From contig MU619249.1 of the NCBI GenBank assembly GCA_025201805.1, positions 233,109 through 297,108 of the forward strand: a stretch of DNA of 64,000 bases. The letters are read 5' to 3'. Position 1 is the first letter of the stretch. The number at the start of each line of letters is the position of its first letter. The notes beneath the pieces were generated by a model. The model worked only from the letters and a program-made list of their open reading frames with translations, was not told where the DNA came from and searched no databases. The position numbers and the translations under genes were made by a program. Below, one piece after another: positions 50,290 through 62,992 of this stretch. The stretch comes from Parasitella parasitica NRRL 2501. Taxonomy: Eukaryota; Fungi; Mucoromycota.

Positions 50290-51511
50290 TTGAAATTGGA
50301 TCGACAACCATTCATCAAGACATCTTTGATTCTAGTCCACCGCATTTGCAGCGTATAAAACTGGGCGTCTGCTACCGTACCATATCTATGTGACAATGCA
50401 TTTGATGCTGGGTGTCCAATCGACAGCATTACGGTAGATGCTTTGTGATTGGATTCAGAGTAAAACCTTTGTAACCGATTTGGCAGCTGTTCTTCTTTTT
50501 TTGGCTCTTCTCAAGCCAGATTGCGTCGACAAAAGTACTGGAGACCGAGCTATTTAGCAAGAATCCCGTATTGGATCCAGCATTTGTGCTACTCGTACAT
50601 ATGACACCGATGGTAAAAACTTGGAGCCGAGGCGCTTCCAGTTTAGATACAGCCTGCTGCTGTATTTGCAGGGTATTTTCTGGATGGTGCCGTGGCTGCA
50701 GATCACCATGTCAAGCGTGCTCAGCAGTTTTGACGATATTGCAACTGAGTTTACGCAGTTTCGGATCTCTACCAGCAGCGTGATGGCAGGATACCAAAGC
50801 AGTTTAACTCAAGTGGTACCAATCGTAGCTGCTCCTTCATTAGGCATTTATGTACATACATATGGCAAGCATTTATACATATTGGGTGCAGGTACAGCTA
50901 TTTTAATCATTAGCATCATACTGCTAGCATACACCTGGGTTCCACCTACAGCCGGCATGACATTGATGTCATTTGCCCTTTCCCTTGGACCCATTGCGTT
51001 GCTCACAAGCACGTCTCTGCTTTTGCCGTATGAGCTCGTTGGAGTTGGCGTCGTTCTGCACAAATGTGCGAATAATACTGGCACCACCGTCCTGTCTGTT
51101 ATTGTCGGCCAAGTGCAAGACTTGACCTTCCACGACGGGGATGCTTCTGATGATCAGGTGGACCTGCAGCACGAATATGATTATGTGATGATACTTTACC
51201 TACTTGTAAGCTGTATTTCCTTGGTATTGGCGTTGTTGTTCTGGTTTCTGGGGTAGGCAGTCTCTAGGCAGGTGGCTGCAAGTGGATCGCAAAGAAAGGG
51301 AAAAGAGACTAAAAGCAGCGAAATCGTACAGAAAACAGCAAACGACAGTAAAGTTGATAGGAAGTCTGCTAAAGACCAGCAGGTCGTACGTCCATGTGGG
51401 TTCTTTTTGTTGATTGCCTGGATAGTCTTTTTCACCTTTGCATCAATGTCCTGTATACCAGAACTACACTCTTTTGAATCGCACATGAATATTTTTAAGG
51501 GGCTAAAGTGA
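50290..51511 (+). pseudogene. Decaying MFSD1-like MFS transporter gene
   Basis: The C-terminal MFS half is readable at 50558-51253 but has no ATG; stop at 50555. A frameshift near 51250 continues as RQSLGRWLQVDRKEREKRL in another frame. The N-terminal half survives only as fragments (MLGVQSTALR). Confidence 0.7.
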
Positions 51512-51514
51512 GCA

Positions 51515-51545
<31 letters not shown>

Positions 51546-51871
51546 NNNNNNNNNNNNNNNNNNNNTACAAATATGATGTCGTTGGACATAAGCATTCTTG
51601 ATTGCAAAGCTTGTCGTTCCAAACATGTGTACACTTGCGTGCTCCGTCAGTTGTGCTTTACTACGAGCGACTGTTACATTATACTAAAACAAGCATTAGG
51701 CCGAAAGCCTGTTCCAAGTAACACCTACACTAAAATGCACACTATAGTTCATGCAACCCACAAAACCTTTTTGTTTTCTGCATTTTGTGTTCAAAGCGCT
51801 GTTATTTGCAGCACTGAAAATGGAGTATAAAAAACTCCTCCAAATCCTCCAAATCCTGTTTTTCTTTCCAT

Positions 51872-51902
<31 letters not shown>

Positions 51903-51907
51903 GAAAT

Positions 51908-54258
51908 ATGTCTTCACCTTTACCAGTGAATGCAAAGCAAGGCTACAGAGAAGGAGGCTCGTATATCAACGATTCGTCTGTCTTGTCAAGCTCCATGGAC
52001 AGAGTCAACTCGACTGCTCGCCTAGGCTCCTCTCCAATACCCGCCAATGTTTACGGCTCTTCCCCCAAAAGCATCCGCTCTCACCAGACTTATGGCTCTA
52101 CCGACCTAGAAAATGTACTGACAAACAACAGTGGCGGTTTATTCAGACCTCTTTCAACCGCTACTTTCAATCCTGAAGATGGCACAGTCAGCGTAGACCT
52201 TCCTGAGGACCAAGTGGCCAAGGTGGTAAAGAGACATTTGGTCGACACCTCCCCCTCTCCGTCTCTGCTGAGCGGCTCTATCCATCGCAGCAATACCAAC
52301 GAAGACGACCAAGGAAACAGCTCCAACGTGCGCAGTGTTCACCATCTTCCAGGCGGTGCTATCACGCATGATATTTACAAGTGGACAGAAGATGTTGAGA
52401 ATGAACAGATCGCCCGACGTCAGCGATCGCAATCCTTCTATGTACCCCGTAGTGAACCTGTCGATCCTTCTTTGGCTAGATTGAAAGATCCGGGAGGATT
52501 CAGACGTCATTTCGTAGTCAAGAACGCAGCTCGTCAAGGTCGAGAACCCCCTCACTGGATGACACGTACGTTTGTAGACTTTCTGGCTCTGTATGGCCAT
52601 TTTGGTGGTGAGGATTTAAGCGATGACGAAGGCGACGATGATGATCTGGTGGAGGACGAGGATTATATAGAATCTGGTCTCAGACGACGTAGAAGAAGGT
52701 CGCAAGACGAGGATAATGAGGAGTCATCCCTTATTCGTAGAGCGCAAGCGAATGCCGTACAAGGCACTGCTACGCCTGCTAAAGCTGTATTTTTACTACT
52801 CAAGTCATTTGTGGGAACAGGTGTCATGTTTTTGCCAAAAGCGTAAGTGTCATCAAAGATCAACACATGATTAACTGCTAAACTTTGCTCGGCTGTAGTT
52901 TTCACAACGGCGGGCTCTTGTTTTCTACAGGCTTGCTGTCTGCAATTGCCCTCATTTCATTATACACATTTTTATTGCTGGTGGAGACTCGTAACAAGGT
53001 ACGTTTGGCTTAGTTCTATGCACGCTCAAAAACTGTCAATCTAAATGATATCATATGCACTCGTGTGAAAAAAAGCTACTTGCATCTTTTGGCGACATAG
53101 GCAGCATCTTGTATGGCCAAAAAATGAGGTTTGCTGTGTTGACAGCCATCACATTTTCTCAGGTAAAAACAGTGACATATCGTTGTAGATCGGGAGACGA
53201 CGACCAACACTTTGTATACATAGATTGGGTTTGTCTGCGCCTATATGGTATTTGTCGCTCAAAATGTGCAGGCGCTACTAGAATCGGTATCGCAATGCAG
53301 TTTGAGAGCGCCATTACCCTATCTTATCCTTGGCCAAATCGCCATCTTTGTGCCTCTTGCCATGATTCGTAAAATACAGAAACTGTCAGCCTTTGCTCTC
53401 ATTGCGGATCTATTTATTCTGATTGGGCTAGTCTACCTTTACTATTACGATTTCCTTACATTGTCAAGTCAAGGTGTTGCCGATGTGGAGTGGGTCATCA
53501 ATTATGAATCATTCCCAATGTTTATCGGAACAGCAGTGTTTACATATGAAGGAGTTGGTTTAGGTAATATTACTTGAAAAAAAAAAAAAAAAAAGGGGGG
53601 GGGGGTTGCCATGAACTAAAGGGATTAATTGCCCAATTTGATTAATTGTTGATATCTAGTTATCCCGATCACTGAATCGATGGCAGAGCCAGAGAAATTC
53701 CCCAAAGTATTGTCGGGCACCATGGTATTTATTACCGGTATATTTTTATCCGTTGGGTTCTTTTCGTATTTGGCCTTTGGTAGCGAAGTACAAACTGTGA
53801 TTTTGCTGAACATGCCTGGTACGGCTGTCGTAAACACAGTTCAGGGATTATATGCACTAGCAATTTGTTTGTCCATTCCCCTTCAATTGTTCCCTGCCAT
53901 TCGTATTGTAGAAAATGGGCTGTTCACTCGATCTGGAAAATACAACAATACCGTCAAATGGCAAAAGAATGTGTTTCGATTTGCTTCTGTCTTGGTTTGT
54001 GCATGTATTGCCATCGGTGGATCAGGCGATTTGGATAAATTCGTCTCTTTGGTTGGCTCGTTATGCTGCGTACCTCTCTGCTTCATCTTCCCCCCGCTGT
54101 TTCACTTGAAGGCCATTGCAAGAACATGGCGGCAAAGAGCAATCGATACTGCTATCATCATCTTTGGTGTGCTATCAATGACATATACCACAGCTATCAC
54201 AATTGCCCTATGGTCTCAAGGTGGTGAGGCTGCTCCTATCTCGAGGTGTCCTACTTAG
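51908..54258 (+). CDS. Vacuolar amino acid transporter Avt3/Avt4-like (multi-exon)
   Basis: LPGGAITHDIYKW, PGGFRRHF, FVDFLALYGHFGGEDL, AVFLLLKSFVGTGVMFLPKAF and FTYEGVGL. Confidence 0.93.
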
Positions 54259-54899
54259 AAACACACCAGAACACATCAAACACACATTTAGCCTCTGTTT
54301 GCATATTTACATTTAATAAAAGAAAGAAAAAAAAAAAACGTTGGCGCAATTTGCCAGGTAGTAGATTTGGCTTAACCAATCTTCTTGGTCCCGTCTGCGC
54401 TGGATGCTTTGCTTCTTAAAAAATTAAAAAAAATAAATTAAAAGGATGCATTAAGACCACTTTATGCGCAATAGACGAGTCAAGTAAAATCAACAAATAA
54501 ATAAAGTGTATGGTAGTGTTGCGTGGACCGATATTTACCTGATATAGGATTTAAAACTAAGCGATTACTCAATACGAATATACACCACACAACAGAGATA
54601 TAACCAAAGCTACCAAAACTAATGGTTATGGGAATAAAGACTCTTGTTTATTTGTTTAACTATGATAACTTATATAATATTTATATGGGGGGGGGTGTTC
54701 TGATCGTTTGACTACTATGTGGGGGAGGCAAAGAGACGACCTGGTATGCGCCACCACACAACAGTAGTGAATAGTTTCGCTATTTAGGCTAAAAAAAACA
54801 TGTTTTAATTATTGGTTAAATTAATAATAAGGTTTACAATAGTGAAATGTTCTTGTGGGAAAGTTGGTTTAGTTTATACAACTTGTTGCTTTCCAATTT

Positions 54900-55130
54900 T
54901 GATAAGAAGTTGCCAAAATCAATAACAAATGAAATGATTCTAGCATATTCTTTTGAGGTAGTTCACCCAATATTCTTAACTACATACATCCTACCCCCAT
55001 GTATGATAGTCCAAATCAGCATGGTCTTCTGAAATTTGGTTTACTGCAAATACGTTTTGTCCTGTTCCGCATTTGCTTTCAGTCTTCTTTGAAGAACTGA
55101 GACAAAATTCGTTCTCATTCTTGTAATTTT
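54900..55130 (-). mobile_element. Possible degenerate Tc1-like transposase fragment
   Basis: Minus-strand TKFQKTMLIWTIIHGG...G*TTSKEYARII resembles the Tc1 (V)MVWGCI...G.MNS..Y..IL region. Contains in-frame stops. Confidence 0.35.
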
Positions 55131-55244
55131 GAAGTAGCCAATTATCGGCGTTCCTAAGTAATCGATTTCAGCCTTTCCATAAGGCTAATTTGAATGTTTA
55201 AACGTAAAAGTTACTAACCATAGAGGAATAGCGTCGGTCTCGGC

Positions 55245-55459
55245 TCTACGGTTCATTTAGCAGAAGTTATGACCAAATGCCAAAACTTTTGATAGACACA
55301 AACCCCGGGGGAAATCAAGTAATGCTCAGAAAGCCCTGATCATATCTGTTATAATCAAGCTAAGAACAGATGTCCCAAGTTTAGAGTGAGAATACCAGCA
55401 CAATCAGGGCTATCTGAGCTTTGCTTGAGTCCCACTGAACGAAAGGTCTATCAAAAGTT
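55245..55459. repeat. Palindromic repeat element related to the 853-2110 family
   Basis: AACTTTTGATAGAC (55284) / GTCTATCAAAAGTT (55446) and TCAAG..GCTCAGA.AGCCCTGAT (55315) / ATCAGGGCTATCTGAGC..CTTGA (55403). 55245-55277 is the reverse complement of the unit start at 1191. Confidence 0.75.
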
Positions 55460-55633
55460 GTAGACAAAAGCAATTTTTATTTCCTCTCTTAAAAGTTCCT
55501 TGCGCTTTCTTGTTTTATCTTGGTCCAAGGGCACTGCAGTCACCTCAGTCTACAAATAGACGAGTGAACACTAAAACCCAGTTGGAAAAAAAAAGCTGCA
55601 AATTACCAGTTGCCTACAACATTTTAACTTAAC

Positions 55634-56122
55634 ATGTCTACTTCACAACTGTTGCCTTTGGGTAGAAAAATCGATAGCACATTATATATCTCTATACTAA
55701 CGCTTATGCACTTAAATATAGAGCTTATCGACAAGTGCATTGGATCCAAGATTTGGGTCATTATGAAGAACGAAAAAGAGTTTACTGGAAAGCTCTGTGG
55801 GTTTGATGATTATGTCAGTAAGTAAAAACCGACGATACGCGTGCATGATGTTGGGATGGCAACGTCTCTAAGGCTCTTGATAGACATGGTTTTGGAAGAT
55901 GTGACCGAGTAGTAAGTTTACATCCAAGGTTTTCGCTAAACACGCATTTATATTAAATCCTTGACTAGCGAAAACACCAAGGACGGATACAAGATCCAAA
56001 AATTACCACAGCTGCTATTAAATGGAAACAACATTTGTACTGTAAGTAGACACTAAATTTTATTGTTTACGCTTTAGCTCATTTATCTATAGCTGATACC
56101 TGGTGGTGCTGGGCCTATTTAG
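55634..56122 (+). CDS. LSM5: U6 snRNA-associated Sm-like protein LSm5 (5 exons)
   Basis: Spliced [51 protein letters not shown]...[15 protein letters not shown]. Confidence 0.95.
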
Positions 56123-56959
56123 TTTGTTTAAATCAGCAATACCAAATCAGAAATAAAACTGTCTATCAACCAGAGCATATCGAGTATAATTTCGTATCGA
56201 GAGGGACGTAGGTAATATAATGCACACGGACACTATTTTATGGATCAGATATCGAGTAGATTTTACCTGCAGTCGATGCATGTCTTTTGTGAATACAATA
56301 TATTATATATATATGGATGGGTGCTTACGTAAATACAATAGCTGATATTTGGGGAGATTGACAATGGTAATCAGAAGAGCAGATAGCGTTTCATATACTG
56401 TATTACCAAGAGAAGGGGGAGGGTGGTTTGAGGATTGCCGTGAAATTTGTTGCTTATAATAAGATTGAGATGGATATGTTTCTTTATGGTTTTTTCATAG
56501 CTCCAAGTTTACATAGTTCGGCCACTTTAAATACGAGAAACAACTGCATTATGCCCGTCTAGAAATATTCAATTTGTGTGAAGCGATATTATAATGTGTA
56601 TGGCGTTTCCATCGTTTCTAGCTTTTCTCGGTATCGGCCAGCGGAATGAATCCGGTGCTCCCTGTGCAGTTGATATTGCTACAACAGGTGGATTAGCAGC
56701 ATTAAGTTGCTCGGCAATTGTCAAAACTTGTCGGTAAGTTTGTGTTTTCTATATTAAAAACTTCGGCCAAGTAATGCAATTTCATAAAAGCCGTTTATAT
56801 ATATATGATGCTATAAAATGATGCTATAGTAACCTTGTAGATTGCGGCCTCAGTATAATTTAAGAAAATTGCATATCTTCATGTCCTCTCTTTCTCTCTT
56901 TCCGTATATACATCTCCCTTTTTATCCCTCATTAGAGCGTGCGATAATTTCCACAGATC

Positions 56960-59900
56960 ATGAAGGAAAAAAAAGAAAAGAAAAAATCAGAGACAGTGTC
57001 CATCTTTCGACTGTTTCAATTTGCCACCAAACGAGATTTACTGCTAATTTGTATAGCTGGTTTTTGCTCAAGCACAACCGGCGCTATCCAACCCATATCC
57101 ATTCTATTCTTCGGCAACGTCTTGAAGAAACTGGGCGAGGCTATTGTCGACGGAAGTGATCTAATGGAGGCCGCAATGCCAATTATCAAGCTGTATGTCT
57201 ACCTAGGCACAGGGGTGATGGCAGCGGCCTACATCTCTAATTGCCTGTGGGTTTTGACTGGAGAAAACCAAGCGAGGCACATTCGTCAATTGTATGTGCA
57301 CTCAATTCTACGCCAAGATATGAGTTGGTTTGATAAATCAGAAGAAGGCTCGCTTACCACAAGATTGTCTGCAGACATTCAGCTGATCCAGGATGGCATA
57401 TCAGAGAAATTTGGACAGTTTCTAATGTGTTTTGCTCAGTTTATTGCAGGATGCTCGGTAGCCTTTAGCAAGGGATGGCGTCTTTCTATTGTTATGATTG
57501 CAGTTACACCTGCTATAGCCTGTACAGGCGGAGTGATGGGCATTTTGGTAACGAAATATACTGTGGAAACCCAAGACGCCTATGCCGATGCCGGCTCTAT
57601 CTCTGAGCAGGTCTTTGCTGGTATCCGCACGGTCTACTCATTTTCGCTCCAACGCCGTTTTGCCACACGATACGACGAGAAGCTGGAGAAAGCTATGAAG
57701 GCCGGTATTAAGCGTGGCATAATTCTCGGGACTGGTCTCGGCACATTCATGTTTTGCCTGTTTGCCATGTACGGCCTGTCGTTCTGGTATGGTTCAAGGC
57801 TTGTGCACGATCATATCATGGATGGCTCCACTGTTCTGGTCGTATTTCTATCCATGATGATGGGCGAATTCTCCTTGTTGCAGCTGCCTACTAATTTAGC
57901 TGCTGTTTCCTCTGCTTCTGCTGCTGCTTTTAAAATTTTTGAAACGATCAAGCGTGTGCCTGACATCGATACAAGCTCTACAGGCGGTCTCCTTCCTAGC
58001 AAGGTGCATGGCGAATTGGAGTTCAAAAATGTCAAGTTTCGATACCCCACAAGGCCAGATACCATCATTTTGAAAGAACTTAGTCTTCGAATCAAGCCTG
58101 GAATGACCGTGGCGTTTGTTGGACCGTCTGGCTCGGGCAAATCGACCAGTGTGCAGCTTTTGCAAAGATTCTACGACCCAATGTCTGGTTCTGTGAGCTT
58201 AGATGGCCATAACCTCAAGGACCTCAATGTCAAATGGCTCCGTCAACAGATCGGCGTAGTTAGCCAAGAACCAGTGCTGTTCAACGCAAGCATCCGCCAA
58301 AACCTCATGATGGGGAGCGCAAACGCCAACATTACCATGGAAGAAATTACAGCTGCTTGCAAAAAGGCCAATTGTCACAGCTTCATTAAGCAGTTGCCAA
58401 AGGGATATGACACTTTAGTAGGAGAGCATGGAGGTATGCTTTCAGGTGGGCAGAAGCAAAGAATTGCAATCGCTCGTGCCATTCTCAAAAACCCTGCAAT
58501 TCTGCTTTTGGACGAGGTAAGCAGACAAGTTGAGCACTCTGTCGGCGCTGTAGACTAATCCATAACGTTTAGGCAACTTCGGCATTAGACACGCAATCAG
58601 AAAGGCTTGTCCAAAAGGCTTTGGACGAAGCAGCAGCAGACCGTACTACAATTGTAGTTGCTCACCGTTTGTCTACTGTGCGCAATGCTGATTTGATTGT
58701 TGTCATGGAGCACGGCAACTTGATTGAACAAGGCACGCATAATGAACTGATTGCAAAGGGTGGTGTCTACTCTGAGCTGGTCAAAAAGCAGCAAATCCTG
58801 ACTTCCACCGAAAAGAGCAACCGCAAGACAAAGCAGGAAGAAGCCGAGGAAGACGAGATCCTGCTGCGCAATGAAGCCATCGAGGTCAACAGAAAGAGCT
58901 GCATTGAACTGAATCGAGCATCGAATCCCTCAACAATTGCAACTATCCCTGGTGCTCGCAAGAGCCGCTTCTCCGTGCTGGATGGGTTTGAAGAAAAGCT
59001 GCGTCGCGAGAAGAGGCAAAAGAAGAACAGCAAAAAGATGAAGGCACCAGTGTGGAAAGTATTCAAGCAGATGCGTCCCCAGTGGGGCTGGATTGCGTTG
59101 GGATCGGTTGGGGCGTGTGTTGCTGGCACGGTCTTTCCGTTGTATGCGCTTTTTTTTGCAAAGGTAATCACAATGCTGAATGAGAACGACGACAAGGACT
59201 ACGGCCCATTGAAAGGGCCCAACATGTACTCGTTTCTGTTTGTTATATTGGGCCTGTTTGCATTCCTAGGGTTTGCGCTTCAAACTGTTTCTTTTGAAAT
59301 CGCTGGCGCTAAATACACGAAAAAGCTGCGAAGCATGCTGTTTGTTGCCTTTATGAAGCAAGAAATTGGTTATTTTGATAAAGATGAGAACAATGTGGGC
59401 TCGTTGACATCGAAATTAGCAGTGGATGCCAAAAATGTCAATGAAATGATAACGCGTGCTTGGCCAGATGTTGTCCAGATTGCTTTTACCTCGGCCATAG
59501 GTAAAAGAAGTGAATATTACATGTCTTGCGAATCACTGACTCTTATTCTTATGCATCATCCATAGGACTGACCATTGCTTTTATGCACAGCTGGAAACTG
59601 ACGTTGATTATCATGTGTATGACACCCCTTATCGTCGGCGCTGCTGGCTGGAACTCCAAGGTTCAGGAAGGTTTTGAGGGCAGTACCAAGGAGGCCAATG
59701 AACAATCTGCAGAAGTCGCTAGTGAGGCCATCAAGGAAATTCGTACCGTTACAGCCCTCAACAAGCAATCCTACTTTGAAGAACGCTACTACAATGCCAC
59801 CGAAAGGCCCCATCGTTTGGCACAGCGCAAGGCATATACATCGTCCATTGGGTTTGCTTTGCTGCAAGGCACATCTCTCTATACAAACGCAGTAGCGTTC

Positions 59901-60884
59901 TTCGCTGGCTCCAAGCTCATCACTCAAGGTAATCTTGAGCTCAGCGATATGGTGATTACCATGATGTCAATCATGATCATGGCGGACGGCGTAGGAAGAA
60001 GCAGCATCTTTGTATCGACGTTTGCCAAAGCTAAAATTGCTGCCATTACAACCTTTGAGGTTCTTGATCGCCAACCAGCTATTGATGCTGAGCTGGAGGG
60101 CATTGAGCCAGAAGCAGAGGATGTTGACGGCGATATTGACTTTAGCAGCATTGGATTTCAATATCCTGCAAGGCCAGATATCTCTATCTTTGATGGTGAA
60201 TTCAACTTGAAATGCAAACGCGGACAGACTATTGCGCTTGTTGGTCCTTCTGGCTGCGGCAAATCCACCACAATTGGCATGCTGCAGCGATGGTACGATC
60301 CTTTGAGCGGTACCGTGCGTCTGGACAATCACAATGTGAAATCGTTTACTCTCAAAAATTTGAGGAGCCATATGGCTCTTGTCGGACAGGAGCCTGTACT
60401 ATTTGATCTTTCCATTGAGGATAACATTCGCTTTGGTGTTGACGACTCGAAATCAGTGACTCTAGAGCAGGTTCATGAAGCATGTAAAGCAGCAAACATC
60501 TACGATTTCATTACTAGCTTATCAGATGGGTTTGCCACCAAATGCGGTGATAAAGGCTCCCAGCTCTCTGGTGGCCAGAAGCAGAGAATTGCTATTGCCC
60601 GCGCCTTGATCCGCAAACCCAAGGTCTTGCTTTTGGATGAAGCGACTTCAGCCTTGGACAGTGAGAGCGAGAAACTTGTGCAGGCGGCCTTGGATAACAT
60701 CATTCAAGAAGGAGGACGGACAACCATCACAATTGCTCATCGCTTATCTACGATTACAAGCGCTGATCTTATTTGTGTTATCAAAGACGGTAGCGTGATT
60801 GAGCAAGGAAACCATTGGGACCTGTTGAAGCTCAATGGCGTCTATAAAAGCCTTGTCCAGCAGCAATCATTAAGCACATCGTAA
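56960..60884 (+). CDS. Full-length ABCB (MDR/P-glycoprotein-like) transporter (at least 3 exons; start uncertain)
   Basis: Two TMD-NBD halves; Walker [10 protein letters not shown] and GPSGCGKST; [14 protein letters not shown] twice; [11 protein letters not shown] twice. Confidence 0.96.
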
Positions 60885-61016
60885 AGTGCCCCAAGTTTCA
60901 AGAGTCTTTTAAATAACCGCCTTTACGAGTACTTTGAGGTTCTTTCTTTTTTTTTTTTTTTTTACATCTTTACATTACCCGTGTTCTGCATATTCCCTTC
61001 TTTAATAAATGTTATC

Positions 61017-62534
61017 ATGAGCCATCATCAGAATGCAGACTTCAATGAACCATACTCATCTGTCTCTTTCCAATACAAGCAACCAACGTCGCCGTATCCG
61101 TACAGCAGCAGCAGCAACAACAACAGCAACAACAACAGTACTGATCCCACCAAGAGACCCATTTTCCCAAAGAAACAGCAAATTGCTCGTTGGCTTCGAC
61201 TTCACCAAAAGGTCCTGTTATTATTGTTATCACTGCTTCTTTTTGCTCTGTACTGTATGAAGGGTGTCATCTCAAACTACATGACATTTTTTGCAATCAA
61301 GATGGACAACACAATGTACGATCGTGGATATGTGTCGTGTGGACTTCTTCGAAAGGAGCCTATGCTTTTCGTCCAGGATACAAATCATGTGCAAGTGGTC
61401 TGGGAAATGAATTGCGGGATGGCCAACAAAGAGATGATCTTAAAGTACTGGACAGATGATATTAACGATATCAAGGTTATTGGGCCCGTGGAGCCCAAAA
61501 TATTAGATCCGTTCCATACGGTTTACAAAACCACCATTGGACCCCTTTCCATCGGTCCTGTTCACTACTCTATTGAGCTCGTCAGACAAAATAGCAAGGT
61601 AAAGACTCTGGCTAGACACTCGTTCGATTGGTTTGCAAACAACAAGCAACTTCCCATCCGCATTGCTGCTCTGGCCGACAACCAGTTTGGCATGATGACC
61701 TTTTCATCCTTACTGCGTCAGATTCGAAAACTGCCTCAACAGAAAAAGCCACATTTCTTGCTTCATGCAGGCGATGCAGTGCAAAACTATCCATCGCTTC
61801 GACAGTGGCAAACAGACTTTGCGGCACCGCTAGCAATGCATGGACTCAGTCAGAAGACGCCGCTGATTTACGCTCATGGAAACCACGACTACGACTATGT
61901 TGGAGAATACACTTATACCCGCACCCAGGACCCAGAGAGTCCTTGGTTTTCCTTTTCTATGGCTGATGGTGCCATACGGTTCCTTATTCTGGACAGCAAT
62001 GTTGATTGGGATTTGCAGGACCAGTGGCTGAGACAAGAAATCGGATCAGACTTATTCAAGCAGGCCCAATTTCGTATTGTAGTAGTGCATGTACCTCCAT
62101 TTTTAGAATACTGGGATCCGGAGGCTTGGTTTCAGTTACGACAGAGTGAATGGGGTGCGTTTGTTAAAGATCGCTATGTCCCTTTGTTTGAACAAGGAGG
62201 GGTAGATCTTGTCATTTCTGGCCATCAACATAATTATGAAAGAGGCGAGCGAAACGGAATCCATTACGCCATTATCGGAGGAGCCGGTGGAGACATTGAC
62301 TACGATCAAGTAAAGGATTGGGGCATGTATGAAGCAAAACTACTGGATTTCCATTTCGTTATGCTCGAGTTTAGACCTCCGACTCCACAAGATAAATCTG
62401 ACTCCTGGACCTTGCAATGGGACACATTCAATGTAAATGGACACAAAGTGGATTCTGTACTTATAGCTGGTCATTCTAAATATTTCCCACATGAGCAGCA
62501 ATCTGGCGATGATTATAAAGCGATTATCAATTAG
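61017..62534 (+). CDS. Membrane-anchored calcineurin-like metallophosphoesterase (purple-acid-phosphatase-like), intronless
   Basis: N-terminal TM helix; motifs ADNQ, HAGDAV, HGNHD, VHVPP and SGHQHNYER. Confidence 0.9.
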   Translation: MSHHQNADFNEPYSSVSFQYKQPTSPYPYSSSSNNNSNNNSTDPTKRPIFPKKQQIARWLRLHQKVLLLLLSLLLFALYCMKGVISNYMTFFAIKMDNTMYDRGYVSCGLLRKEPMLFVQDTNHVQVVWEMNCGMANKEMILKYWTDDINDIKVIGPVEPKILDPFHTVYKTTIGPLSIGPVHYSIELVRQNSKVKTLARHSFDWFANNKQLPIRIAALADNQFGMMTFSSLLRQIRKLPQQKKPHFLLHAGDAVQNYPSLRQWQTDFAAPLAMHGLSQKTPLIYAHGNHDYDYVGEYTYTRTQDPESPWFSFSMADGAIRFLILDSNVDWDLQDQWLRQEIGSDLFKQAQFRIVVVHVPPFLEYWDPEAWFQLRQSEWGAFVKDRYVPLFEQGGVDLVISGHQHNYERGERNGIHYAIIGGAGGDIDYDQVKDWGMYEAKLLDFHFVMLEFRPPTPQDKSDSWTLQWDTFNVNGHKVDSVLIAGHSKYFPHEQQSGDDYKAIIN

Positions 62535-62992
62535 ATAAACCCAATATTACATATACATAGATGAAATAAAATATACCTTCTGATATTTATTATTATTTTT
62601 TGAATCCTGCCTAAACGCGACTCGACCTGATTGATTTAGCAACGTAGAAAGGATTATAATTGTATATTAATCCTGGGACAATCAAAGATTATAATAACAG
62701 TGCAGCGCTTGACACAAAAATGGAATTTGGCATGCTATGCGATTCCTGTTTGATCTACACATTATGAATACAACAATGAAAAAAAATATTCGAGCATGAA
62801 TTTTGATTGATAATGGAACGTAAGGAGGGTCCTCATTTAAAAATTGCTCTTTATTCTAAAAGTCATGACTATATTATAACAATCAAAGCTTTCGCAAGAT
62901 TCTAAAAAGGTTTTTGAAGAAATGGTATAAGTAGAGAACCGATTTCTTTCTCCAAAAAAGAAAAAAACCATTATATATATTTTTCCTTTGAT

